A DNA stretch of 63,973 nt, the filler included, from Psammoneis japonica (lineage: Eukaryota), in assembly GCA_008632985.1 (NCBI GenBank). It is 3 parts of 3 records of this genome, joined end to end, with 100 filler letters (N's around TTAATTAATTAA, not from the genome) between each part and the next. Parts side by side here need not be neighbours in the genome. Positions count along the whole stretch, not along the records: positions 1 to 22,713 come from QPGO01000435.1; positions 22,814 to 45,412 come from QPGO01000438.1; 1 more part is not named here. One strand, 5' to 3'. The position numbers and the translations under genes were made by a program. Below the pieces are notes generated by a model, which had not been told where the DNA came from, made no database searches, and worked only from the letters and a program-made list of their open reading frames with translations. The number at the start of each line of letters is the position of its first letter. The first letter of the stretch is position 1. Of this stretch, positions 11,006-23,560 are shown piece after piece.

Positions 11006-14000
11006 AATGGAGACCAGGACATTTAAAAAATGGGTGACAGCGCGCACGCGAACAGAAATCCCAAAAATTCCCGATTCAAAAACACCAACCGTCACCATGA
11101 CTGTCAGTCAGTTGCGTCCGTTTCATCCTGGTGGTCTGCATTGTTGCTGTTTGACACATCAGAACCCCATTTCGTGTGCTGTGGGAACAAAAGGCTGCCG
11201 ATCACTGGTGTGTCACGTTCTCGAGAAAGAAGGAATGTCGGTTGATGACTTGTGCACCACTTTGCAGCACAGAGCGACGGTGCATGTTGTGGCATGTGGC
11301 AGAGACGACTTGTTTGTTGCATGTTGACACCAACTGGCACATCTCGGAAACACATGAATCGTGCAAGTGGACCCATGCCATCAGGAAGAGGCAGTGGCGC
11401 AAGTGGCAACCATCACCTGTTTTGTCTTTTGCTTCTAACACAAGTGTCCCACGCATGACACATGGAGCGGGCTTTGTTAAGAATTCATTTGTCACCTTGG
11501 GTCGGAAGTCTGCGTTTCTAAAGAATCTTCTGTGTCGACACTTGTGATTTTGTGAGAAACCGATGGCACATTGCTTGGTTCAAAGCATGAGCATGGACTT
11601 GGGACCACACCTGGTGGTTCCGACAGTGTCGATGACAGCGCCCCACTCGGAACAGATGATGGAGTCACGTGGTTGCTGGTGTGTTGCTTGTTTCAGATGA
11701 TGGATGACGCCAATTGGCTTGTCTCGGAAATGGAGCAATCTTGTCAGTGGACCCACACCATTGGACTGGGAGGTTGTGCGCAGTCAGCGCAGCTGATGGA
11801 TTTGTGGACGGCATCACTGGTGGCAGTGGGAGCCTGGTTGCTGCCAGCACCAGTGGAGGTGGGAGCCTGTGTGGCTGCCAGCACTGGTTGAGGCAGTTGG
11901 AGCGTGTGCACCACCAGCAATTGAGGTGGTTGGATCCTTCTATCTTCTTGCGGTGCCTGCTCTTGTGCTGTGTGCTGCTGGCACTGGTGGCAGTGGCAGC
12001 CTGGTCACTCTGCCAGCACTGGTGGCGGTGGGAGCCTGTGTGGCTGCTGGTGCTGGTCGAGGCGGTTGGAGCGTGTGCACTGCCAGCAATCAAGGCGGTG
12101 TTAGACGTGTTACACTGGCAGATGGTGGTGTGTTTGGCATTGGGTGCGGCGCACCAGTCGGCGCTGGATGTGTTGCACCAGCAGATGGTGGCGTGGGTGG
12201 CAATGGGCACGGCGTAGATGGGGAGCGTGGGCTGCCAGCAACTTCACATTCTTGTTTTGGTTGCGTCTTGCATGAGGCAAATGTGTTGGAGCGGGCAAGG
12301 AAATGCAACAACTCGACGCCCTGGAATTGTCGAGTGTGCGCGGAATTGAATCCGTGATTGCACCGGTGGGAGCGTGGGCTGCTGGTGGCTTCATGTTCTT
12401 GTTTTGATTGTGTCTTGCACGAGGCGAATTTATTGGAGCGGGCAAGGAAATGCAGCAACTCAATGCCCTGGAGTTGTCGAGTGCATGCAGAATTGAAGCC
12501 GTGATTGCACCGGTGGGAGCATGGGCTGCTGGTGGCTTCATGTTCTTGTTTTGATTGTGTCTTGCACGAGGCGAATTTATTGGAGCGGGTGAGGAAACGC
12601 AACAACTCAATGCCCCTGGAATTGTCGAGTGTGTGCCGAATTGAACACGTGATTGAAAGATCCGAAATGTCAAAAGCCTCCACAACATCAAGCGGTTACG
12701 AGAATGGCAGGTGACAAGGTTGTTAGATGCAATGAGATCAAAACAACTCTCTTGTTGTCAGTGAAAAGAAGCAGTTGTTAACAATGCACATTTGTGGTGC
12801 AGGCTTGGGCATGAAATTAGCCTGGAAAGCCATGTGTCACACGATTGTTCAACGGCATGGCACTGTCGAGTTGACCTTGATGCCACGTTAAACATGCCCC
12901 GACAGCTCCGAGACATGGACAGCAAACCTGTCCATCTTTAGCATGTGTGTTTGTCACTTGTTGACATTCTGTCACTGGGATCATCCGAGTCTCATCTACT
13001 CTCTGCTGCACCGACTTGTTGGCCCGAGTCAATTCCCTTGCCTTCGCACTTCGTCAAGTTTTCCGGTGCCTTGCCAAAGCCACAACAGCCCCAGAACCAA
13101 GATCGATCTTCCTTCATTCAACCACATGGATCCCGAAAAGCATCCAATTCTGCAACAATGGAAATTGCAAAATCCATCCTTGACGTTTCAATGTCCACCA
13201 CGTGCGTTGTCTTGGAAGATTCATTCGCAGCATGGCTTGCAGGAAACGCCTCTTGCACCACGCCATTGCTGTGGGGATGTTGACACGGTGATTGCTCACC
13301 ACAGCGCGATAGAAAATAGGAATCCAATGTGGCAGACGGTGTCATTTGGATCTTCGTTGGTCCAAACATGACGTCGTCCAGTGTTCCGTCCCGTTTTAAA
13401 TGCTCGGTCCATCCAGAGCTGCGCTTCAAACGTTGTTCTGGACCCGAAAGTCTTCGACTCATGCATTCAATGTCCAGTCCAAGGATGTCATCTTGATCAC
13501 TGCCATGCACTGGTGCAACACGTCCAACACACCCAACACCGGCTGCACCATGCCCAATGCCACCATCTGCCAGTGCAACACGTCCAACACCATTTAAACC
13601 CAGTGAGGCACCATCCATGAAACGGCCAGCGGTTCCATCAACACTCCTCTCCCCATTTGAAGTCAAAGTGCTACACCATCATCAATTTCATCTCCCGTGC
13701 CAAGTGATGTGCCATCACCCATGCCATCCGCAATGCCAAGTGATGCACCATCACGTGAGCCATCCATGAATCCATTGTCTGCGCCGAGTGGTGCGCCATC
13801 ATCAATGCTGTTGGAACGGCCAAGTGTGGTTCCAAGCAAAGAGCCGCTGTCTGCTCCATGCTCATGCTTTGAACCAAGAAACATGCCACCCGTGTGTGCC
13901 ATCCGGAATTGCAACGTCACGCGTGCCATCCACAAAGCCATTGTCTGCAACAAGCATTGCGCCATCATTGACACGGAAGATTCTTTAGAAACACAGTCTT

Positions 14001-14558
14001 CTGATCCATGGCAACATCTGAATTCTTAACAAAGCCCACTCCACATGTCTTGCGTGGGACAACAAAGAAGTGCATCCAAAGCAACAGGCAAATCAATTGC
14101 TGGTTGATCAACTGATCAAGTGCAGACACACACAACTGCTGGCACGCAACAAGGCACACGGTTGCCACTTACACTGCTGCCTCTTCCCAATGACAAGTCC
14201 ATTGATGTGATTGCTACATTTCCGAGACAAGCCAGTTGGTGTCAACATGCAATAAACGAGTCGTCTCCACCTGCCACGCACTGTCGCTCCGTGCCGAAAA
14301 ATGGTGCATGAGTCATCAAACGACATTCCATCTTTATGGAGAAAGTGACAAGCCAGTAATCAGCAGCCTTTTATCTCCATAGCGGATGAAGTGGAGTTAT
14401 GATGTGTTACACAGCAACAATGCAGACTACGGGATGAGACGGACGCAACAAACTGACGGTCATGGAGGTGACGGTTGGTTGTGTTTTGAATCGGAATTTT
14501 GTGGATTTCTTTGCGCGTGCGCGCTGTCACCCGTTTTTTTAATGTCCTGGTCTCCATT
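11006..14558. mobile_element. Foldback-like element / long inverted repeat carrying Pro/Ser-rich gene fragments
   Basis: ~11006-12200 is homologous in inverted orientation to ~13500-14558. Both outer ends read AATGGAGACCAGGACAT, and the ORF track gives METRTFKKW on + and METRTLKKR on -. No clear TSD. Confidence 0.7.
12222..12650. repeat. Tandem repeat, ~147-bp unit x3
   Basis: Unit starting GGAGCGTGGGCTGC recurs at ~12222, 12369 and 12516. Confidence 0.9.
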
Positions 14559-14856
14559 AGACCGCAGCACGTGGATCCATCCTCAACGGCCGCGAGAACA
14601 CCTTACTTCCGTTGTCGTGGATTTTGTACCAAAACCCACAAAATGTGACCTACTGTACAGTGAGACTACCTCTCAACTTCCGCCTCCGAAGACAGAAGTT
14701 TCAAATTCTGCAAACTCCAGCCAAGCGAGTCTATTTCGCACCGCAATTAACGATGTCACAGATCACACGGAGCAGCTTTTGTCGGGTCGTTGCGCCTGTT
14801 TTGTCTCCACAATCTTCCTTGTTAAGGCTCCAGGGCACAATCAGTTTCAACGGACA

Positions 14857-17666
14857 ATGATGCGGGGAACATCACTTCTTACACTGTTTGTTTTGCAGTG
14901 GTGTAGTTCCCTAGCGGATGCATCTCAGTTGCTGACTCTCTTGCCTTTTGAAAACCCGTCAAGTGTCGCTCATCTGGCCTCTGCAGCTCTAGCTTTGGAC
15001 CATTGCGTACGTTTCTCGCCCTTCATAAATTATGTGATTTCGAAAGTGAATCTATTGCACTTACAACCTTTTTCTTTCGTTTTATTTCAGACAACCCGCA
15101 ATCCAGTGATTGTCAAGGAACTGTCAACCATGTGCAACAGCAACAGTAGCAACATCGAGGATCTGTTTCTAAAAGCCATTGATACAAGTCTCAATGCACC
15201 CACCGCCCTGGCACGGTTCGTGGACACCGACTTGACGGGTACACTCGGCATTGTGGGCCCACCAATTCCTGATATGGTGACTGCTACGGCGGCGTGGGCA
15301 GAATTTTGGAATGTTCCTCAGATACTTTTCAGCGAATACAATGTTCCACCTGGAACCGGGTCTTCTAGTTTAGCTACCGAAAGGAACCTTGTCGGTGATG
15401 TCGATGTGCTGGCCAAGGCACTGATTTCCAAATTTAAGCATCGAGGATATATGCAGCTCCTGTTTGACAGCGGCAACGAGGCTCTCAAGAATATCTTGCG
15501 CACCACCAGGAAGTTTAAAGAAACCAGAGTCAATGTTTTGCCTGACAATTTGTTACCACCAGTGACTGAACAGGAGGGGGCGAAGATACCCCAGGGATCA
15601 AATCGACGCCTTCAATCAATGTCGGGAAGCGGTTCGGGAAGTGGCGATGGTACTGGCCGTGAGGATAGCTATAGCATCCTGGAGGACGCCGCCGAAGAAG
15701 TCGAGGAAGACGGCATGCACACCATTTTTGTTCTTGCTGACAATTTTGAGGTTCTGCAACAACTAGCTGAGCTTGCGATAGAATACAATGTCGTTGGTCC
15801 CGACTGGTTCTGGATCCTCAATGGAGACCTCTTTCCCGGATTGACCCATCTGGACCCGGAGCCCTTGGAGCTTGAAGAGGGTTCAGCCTTAGAGCGTTTA
15901 CTTCGAGGTGCTGCGATCTATACACATCATGATCCCTTTATTTATGAGCCGAAAGGCGATCCATTTCTCGATACGTGGAGAGCCCAAGACTCTAATCAAG
16001 TTGAAAAGATGAACGCGATTCACCCGCAGCGTGGCATGCCCGATTTCACTCCTGCAGAATCGGATTTCTTCCAATCTAATGACCCCGTGCCATATTCATC
16101 CTTTGTCTATGATGCGATTATAACCCATTGTTTGAGAACCTGTAGCAAAGAAGATTTCTTGAAACGTGGAGAATTCAGTTTTGACGGTGCTTCGGGAGAA
16201 GTGGAGATGGTTGATGGGAAAGTTAGCAGTGACGATTCTAGGTTTGGAATTTACAATTTGAGGTCTGATAGAGGAAGGTAAGTTCCTGGAACACGTCAAT
16301 GCTACTTTTAACTATCTTTTCAAAAGGCCTTTTTCGCTTGCGTATTCCCAGGATCGAGGCAGTGCTATCCTCTTTGTACGAAAGCGGAGAGTGGACTGAA
16401 GTCGCCGAATTCCTTTACTATGACGGCACCCCAGATGAGCCGGAGGTGCTGGTAACCGTCATAGAGCCAAACTTTCTTTCCAACTCTGTACAAATGGCAG
16501 GGTTTATGCTTGTGGCTCTATCATATGTTATTTCATTTTCTTCTTTGGTATGGGTTATCTGGAAGAGAAATACCGGTATTCTCAAGGCATCTCAACCCTT
16601 CTTTCTTGGTTTGCTGTGCATTGGGTCCTCGGTACTCATGTCATCAGTTATGTTCGTGTCGTTCGATGAGAGCGATGGATGGTCTCAAACGAAGCTGAAC
16701 AGGGGATGCGCAGCCGTACCATGGTTCTTCACCATAGGCTACATGGTGATGTACTGCGCGATGTATTGCAAACTCTGGAGGATCAAAAAGATTTTTTCTA
16801 TCCGACGAAGAACTGTTACGGTGACCCGGGCAATGATACCTTTTCTTGTACTTGTCACGCTTTGCCTTGTGGTACTAATTGTTTGGCAGTTGGTTGATCC
16901 CTTGTCATGGGTGCGAAGATTTCTTGACCCGGATTCCGCCGGTAGAGAAATTACCTACGGAGACTGTCAGACTGTTGATACAAACTTGGCCGCATGGGTA
17001 GTTCCATTGCTTGCCCTGCTTGCCACGATCACCATAATGACGATGGTTGTCGCATGGAAAACAAGAGAAATACAGTCTGAATATTCTGAATCCATGTGGG
17101 TCTTCTTCGCTGTATTCGCTCACCTTCAGTCATGGTTGGTCGGTCTACCACTCATTTTCGTGCTCGATGACGTGTCCAAGGATGCCGCCTACCTTACTCG
17201 GGTTTTCTTTGTGTTCGTGCTTGCTACTTCTACGCCAATCATGGTGATTTGGCCCAAGATTTATCGGGTACTTCAAGAGAAGTACTTTCCTACTAGACGC
17301 TTGAATACAAGTAGGTCTAGCACTCCGTCAGTGCGATTGCCAAATGATTCTTCCTCCGTCCGTATTACTGGGGTATCTGAACCTTTCAGTGGATCATCGA
17401 GCCATTCATTGAGGCGGGGCATAAGGGGATCAAATCATTCAGCTACAGACCCCACGTCATTGCAGACGAAAATTGATGATCTCGAGATGCAAAATCTGGC
17501 TCTGCGCGAAGAGCTGAAAGCATTGAAAAGCGGCGATAAGAATACGGAAGATGATTCTGTTGCCACTTCAAACACAGTTGATCGAAAAGGTGTACCAGTC
17601 GAGAGCGAGGAGACAGACAATAAGCGTCAACTGGAGTCATTGCACGAGGAGGAAGATAATGATTGA
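14857..17666 (+). CDS. Class C (GABA-B receptor-like, 7tm_3) GPCR; predicted exons 14857-15006, 15091-16277, 16352-17666
   Basis: Signal-peptide-like start MMRGTSLLTLFVLQW, large extracellular domain, seven hydrophobic helices with family motifs (KASQPFFL, KLWR, DPL.W.R, Y.ES), C-terminal coiled coil. Intron 16278-16351 (GTAAGT..CCCAG) joins the two ORFs in frame. Intron 15007-15090 (GTACGT..TTCAG) is in-frame and less certain. TpA content is normal. Confidence 0.88.
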
Positions 17667-18399
17667 ACGCTAGTATTTCTGTTGGGATAAAATGGAACAA
17701 TGGGCACCGCAACCCTTTCGCGACCTTGAATTCTTGGCAATTAAAAGTGGCTTCTTAAGGGACTTTTGCATTGGTTCGGAGCTGTTGCGTTGGAAGTTGT
17801 TATTCCAAAAGAAAAGGAGACGCTGAGTGCTAAGCGCATGAACACCTTGATGGCAAGCTTCCTACTAACGCTCACTCTGCGGATGCTTGCCTTTTAAAAT
17901 CATCATTTGTAAAGTTCCGCCCCATGAGTGTTCTCTACGGTCCTTCATGAAACATGACTGTTCTTCTTGGTTGGAGGGCTTTCAAATCAAAACCTGATCT
18001 GGACGACGATGATTATAATGCGGATGCGTCGTTGTCTCTGAGACTGTCAGACCTTGCTTGCTAGCTCATGGCAAAGTGGCAGTCTCCTTTCGGGTTGTAA
18101 AGGGTGTGACGTGTGTCACCTTGAACTACAGTGCTGTACAGAACAATTGTTGATCTGGGAACATTCCCGAAAATAACTAAATGTGATCATTGCAACTATT
18201 TATTGATAAATGAGGATTAAAAAGAAATACACGAAAATTAACATTGCACAACTTATCAATGACTCTTTCTTTCAAAAATGACTCATTAATGTCCCACGTT
18301 GTCTTCGGACATTTTTGCTCATAATCACTGTAGAACCAATTTGTCTCACTCTAGCTAGAACTGTGTAATTCTCCACGGATTCACCAGGCAACACTCGGG

Positions 18400-21300
18400 C
18401 ATGGCAAAAAGTGTGCATTTGGTCGAAATCGAGCATTGAGTGCAAATTGTGGTGTCTTTGGGGTCCCTTTGGTGATCCGAACACCCACATTTCTCATCTG
18501 ACCATCATGGGTCCATCTCATGGTGGGTGTCAGAAATGTTGTGACGGGGCGCGTCTTGAGGAACAATCGTCACGTGGCACACGCAGCTGCGAAGGTCGCA
18601 CAAACTTGAAAAACACACACATGAAAAAAGCAACTGTGCACTCCCTTTTATGACCATGACACCGATGCGTTGATGATGGCACATTCCATGTGGGAAGACT
18701 GCACTTCCCCACATCTGCAGCTTGCTCAAATTGCAAGAATGTGGCAGCTTCCTTCATTGCTGCATGGAGAGTCTTGAGCTCTTTGTGGTCAACCTTGATG
18801 GCAAGCACCTCTGACCCTCTCAGACCGATCTTTCCTTTTTTGCAGCTGCCCACCTCGCTCATCACAGCTGCAACTTGAAGCTCAACTCTCCTCCGGGGTC
18901 GGGCATGAGATGACATGAGATCACAAGTTGACCATGCGGCCCTTGCTGTGCTGCACCACAGATCTCAATGTGTTTCCTTGTGCACGCCAAAAGCACCCAC
19001 AACTCGCTCCAGCTCTGGGCGGGACCTTGCACTGCTGTGCTGTGACATCAAGAGTTTTTTGGATCGCGGCACGTCGTGCGTGCAGTTTTCTGCGTGACAC
19101 TCTACAAAATTGTTCCATGCTCCCCACTTTGCAAGGCCAAAGGCTTTCTGTTTTCAACATTCATGAGAATGAAAATGCTCTGGGTGCATTCTTTGACCCT
19201 TTCAAACATTGAACTTTCTAAATTGCAAAAAGGGTTCCCCCAGATTTTTGGCGAGTGTGCGCTCCAAAACAAAATCGCGTGAATGAAATGTTGTGCACAT
19301 CTGAAATTACTTCATTCACTGTGTCCAGTGGTTGAAGGGTTGATGTCTGCAGAACATGCTCGGGCAAGCTGTCAATGATGCGCTGCAAGTGTGGAGGAGG
19401 AGAAGCATTCACAAACTTGCCTCTTTTTCTGTTGGCGGTCATTTGTGTTTTCATTGCTTGACAAATTTGCTGCGCAGCTTGCACGCAGAATTCTTTGGGA
19501 CCAATGTCACATGGAGTCCCACCCAGGACTGGAACCCATCCCATTGCCCTCTGTCTGCAGCTGTCAGGTTGACTGGGGCCATCTGGGGGTTGTTTCATTC
19601 TTGAGTGGGCAGCCAACAGAGGGAGAAACCTGGTGGCAAAGTGCCAGACAGTGCCAGAGCAGAAAGTCACTTCTGCCAAACAGCTTGCACTTGTGGCTTT
19701 TGCATGCACTCTGCATGTCACAAGGAGCAACCCCATGGGTTTGGGTGGGTTTCTTGCTTGTGGCTGTGCAGCCACAACAACTCTGCACTTGCAAAAGCTG
19801 CAAGCAATGTGGGGGCACAAGTGCACCATGTGAACCCATCAAAGCCAAAACACAGCTCTTAAAGTGTTGCCTTGCCCTCGCCAAATGCCTCAAATGCCTT
19901 TGTCCTGCAGCTGTTGGGTCAGTCTTTTGGGGACATCGGCGCAACATTGCTTTTTTGGGTGCGCCAACATGGGTTCCAAATTGATGCAGGGAAAAGCACG
20001 CAAGATTGTGACACGAGAAAATGGTCACTTTTGCCAAACCTTGTCATTGAAGCACACACAGCCAACTGCATCAGTTTTCATTCAACATTTTGATGCATGC
20101 ATTGGTGCCAGCTGTCACATTGATGCGTTCATGGTTGGAAATGTGACAAAGCACGTCCAGACATTTGGGAACAAAACAAGAATGAATGGGGTTGCAAGTC
20201 GAGTCCTTGATGGTCTTCACCAAGACGGTGGGCACACCTGCTGCAACAAGCTTTTTGCAGTGGAGCTTGTTGGGAAGATCGCTTGCAGTTGGAAGTTCAC
20301 ATGGCATGCAAATGTTGTCCTCATCAGAGAAAAAGTCATCGCTGTCAAAATCTTCCGGCACATGCCAGATGGTTTTGTCACCTTCGACAACCTGTTCAAT
20401 CTTGTGGCTTTCAGGCTCACTTGTTGTGTGTGACTTCTGCATGTGCCCTGCCAGCAGCCTTTTCAACATCTTCAAACTCGCCCATCTCCTCCATGTCTTT
20501 CAACACAACAGACTTGCCACTTGTTTCCTTTGCTTCATCAGGAGCACCCTTTCTCTTCTTCCAGTTTCTGCAGAGGCAGCGGCCATGATGCAACAATGTT
20601 TTGCAGTGAGATGAATCAATGCATGCTGTGTGCTTGATGCACTTCACCAAATTCATTTTGAGATTGAAGGTTTGATGATTTTGCTCTCAGCAATGCATGC
20701 GGAGCTTTTTTGGGCACATTGATTGCCACAGACACCAAGCGGCCTTTTCACACTCTTTGAACTTGGTCAACTCCACTTCTTGTGACACAACAGACTCACC
20801 ACTTGCTTCCTTTGCTTCACCCTTTCTTTTGTTTCCAGCTTCTGAGGAGGCGATGGCCATGACATCAACAATGTCTTGCAGAAAAACAAGTCAACGCATG
20901 CCATGTGCTTGACACGCTTTGCCAAATTCGTTTTGAGGTTTTGCTGTCAACAATGCATGTGGGGCATTTTTGGGAACACAAATGACCACAGACACCAATG
21001 GAACAAGAGAGACATGTTTCTCTCAAAAATTGCACATGGAGCATTTTCGGGTGCATGACAACCACAGCCGTCAATGGAACAACAGACATTTTTCCCTTGC
21101 GGGTTGCATTTGGAGAAATGTGATCTTGCCAGTGCATGTGGAGCATTTTTGTTTGCTTCATTTTGGGAAAAGTGAGGTTCAAGGAAAAGCATGTCCCCAG
21201 CGAAAAAGGGCCAGATGGAATGGAAGAGAAAGGCTGGGCAGCCTGGGAAAAAAAGAGAATGTTCTGAAAGAGGATGTTCTGAAAGAGGACACCTCAATCA

Positions 21301-22713
21301 CATTTGTTCCCAAGACAGTTGAACAAAAGCACAAAAATGGATTGGCTGCAGAGGCAAACCCACAACAGTTTTTTGACTTGAAACAAAAACAAAAGCAAGA
21401 GAACGGGCATTGCAAATGGCACAATGGCGTCATTGCAATTGATCAATTTCTGTGTGCATGTGCCATGTTGGTCTCATGGTTGCTTGTGCAATTGCTGAGT
21501 TCTTTGCATGCATTTGTGTTCACGAACATGAACAAAATGCTCTTTGAGTCCAGAGCATTGATCCGTTGAATGTGTTGTTGGAGTGCAACATGTCAGATGA
21601 CAGGAATGAAATGTGTTGGCTGAGCATGTGAACATTTGGACAACAATGCAGCCATCACATCATTGTTTGTGTGAAGGTTGCTGTTGTGGCTGCATTTTGC
21701 ATTGTGTCATCATCAGTTTTTGCATCAACCAGTGCAGACTGCAATGTGAGATGGTGAGCTGACGTGCTCATGGGCTTGCTCTCAGCATTCGCTGAAGTGC
21801 GCTGAACTCCACATGATTTTCACTTGCTCAAGTTCAAACACACACTTTTAAATGCAAGCTGTGTGTCACACGCATGGCTGCTGCCAAGGCATTCAGTGCT
21901 GCTCTGTGCGCTGTGGATGTAATCCCCAGACATGCAGCTGCGTCAATCGTCAGGGTTTTGCCAGCATTGATCACCTGGAACAGCCCCCCCCTTGGCAAAG
22001 CAGGGGAAATGCTCAAGGACAGTGTGGTGGCAAGTCTGGCTCCCATGCATCAGAGGCCTGCAGAAAAGGCCTTCAGTCACAAGTCATCGAACCCCACCAT
22101 CTCATGGCATGCGCGTGCGCACCCAGATTGGTGGGCCCCACTCCAGATTGAAATTGATGTTTGCTTGTTGGAAGACAACATTTTTGTTCATTTTCAATTT
22201 GCAGATTGGAGTGTCAGGCATTTGTTGTTCCACGACACATTCCATTTAATTGACATTCATTGACTTGTGTGCCAAAATGCCAAGTCACACGGCACTGTCA
22301 TTCCCTCAACTGGGGACAATTGCATTTCGTTCCAGCTGAAAAATTTTCATTTTCATGTTGAACAAGGCATTTTTGCCAAAATTTCTGCATCTCATCCTCA
22401 TGATGGATGTTGACAATTCCACAAAATTTTCCACCCTTTTCTGCTCTCCCCCAAAACCCTCCTCTCTGAAGAGTCACATTTTCATCTGCGCCGTTCCCGA
22501 GCGATCCTGTTGGGGCATTTGTCCCTTCACTTGTGATCTGTGGTCCAATCCCTGTGGTTTTGGCGAATCTGCGCAGAACCGCGAAAGCAGTGTGACAACA
22601 AGTCCGTGGTTTCTACGTCCTCTGTTCATGCCGCGACAGCCCATGGCGGTGTTCCTCTCCTGCTGTTGCAACCCATGCCCATCTCAAAGTCATGCCAAGT
22701 GAAAGCAATGTCT
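18400..22713. other. TpA-depleted decayed repeat DNA, family not recognised
   Basis: Near-absence of TA, overlapping Cys/His-rich spurious ORFs, nested MITE. No recognisable catalytic motifs. Confidence 0.55.
19001..19540 (+). mobile_element. MITE family 1, copy E (~540 bp)
   Basis: Degenerate left TIR AACTCGCTCCAG, right TIR CTGGAACCCATC, imperfect TSD CCAC/CCAT. Subterminal sequence matches copies A and D. Confidence 0.8.
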
Positions 22714-22813
22714 NNNNNNNNNNNNNNNNNNNNNNNNNNNNNNNNNNNNNNNNNNNNTTAATTAATTAANNNNNNNNNNNNNNNNNNNNNNNNNNNNNNN
22801 NNNNNNNNNNNNN
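22714..22813. other. Artificial scaffold spacer (N44-TTAATTAATTAA-N44)
   Basis: Six-frame-stop 12-mer centred in exactly 100 bp; identical structure at 45413-45512. Confidence 0.95.
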
Positions 22814-23560
22814 TACGATGACACGGAAAATGGCTCTGGTTCCGGATCGGTTCGATTGTTTCAATACAACCGCGGCTCCTCATCCTGGAACCAACTTGGA
22901 CAAACACTCATTGGCCAAGCCGCCAATGATTATTTTGGACGTTCCGTTTCCTTGAATGCGCAGGGAACCATTGTCGGCGTTGGAGCAGATTAAAATGATT
23001 CGGGTGGAAACAATGCGGGTCAAGTGTCGGTGTTTGAATACAATTCTGCCTCGTCAAAATGGGATTTGTTGGGCAATCCAATCAATGGCCAAGTCGTCAA
23101 TGGTCGGTTTGGATGGTCGGTTTCTCTTGACGACAGCGGTTTGATCGTGGCCGCGGGTGCACGTTGGGGAAGCAACGAGAGAGTTTTGGTTTATTCGTAC
23201 AACCGCTCGACTTTGACATGGAATCAACGTGGCCAAACTCTCTTGACACAACAGCCCGGCAATGAATTTGGTTGGTCCGTGTCGTTGAGTGGCAATGGAA
23301 ACGTCTTGGCGGTCGGAAGCATTTGGCATGACGTCAATGGATTGATCAATGCGGGTCAAGTTCGAATCTTTCAGCACGACAGCAATGCAGACGAATGGAA
23401 GCAAGTTGGCAATCCTTTAAATGGCGAGGCTGAAGAAGATCGTTTTGGATGGTCCGTTTCCTTGTCGGCCGACGGAAGCGTCGTTGGAGTTGGTGCACAT
23501 TTGGCTGACGTCAATGGCGACGAGTCCGGATCGCGTGCATTCACGGTAAATGACAATTAG
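22814..23560 (+). pseudogene. 3' part (FG-GAP blades 4-7) of a second copy of the receptor-like kinase
   Basis: Starts with the same sequence as 37965-37999. Four W..G..I.G....FG.SVSL..G..VAVG repeats. In-frame TAA at 22991-22993 (real lesion or sequencing error). Confidence 0.75.

Noticed and set aside
12222..12650. Possible CRISPR array (also 50490-50590)
   Set aside because: Plain tandem repeats without unique spacers, no cas genes, eukaryotic context.
14386..14856. N-terminal extension of the 631-aa ORF
   Set aside because: Runs through the foldback arm and probable promoter. The signal-peptide-like start at 14857 is more plausible.
18400..22713. Many Cys/His-rich ORFs as zinc-finger or metal-binding proteins
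   Set aside because: Composition follows from TpA loss; the ORFs overlap in all frames and show no domain motifs.
22758..22769. TTAATTAATTAA motif within N runs (also 45457-45468)
   Set aside because: Artificial six-frame-stop linker. Sequences on either side need not be adjacent in the genome.
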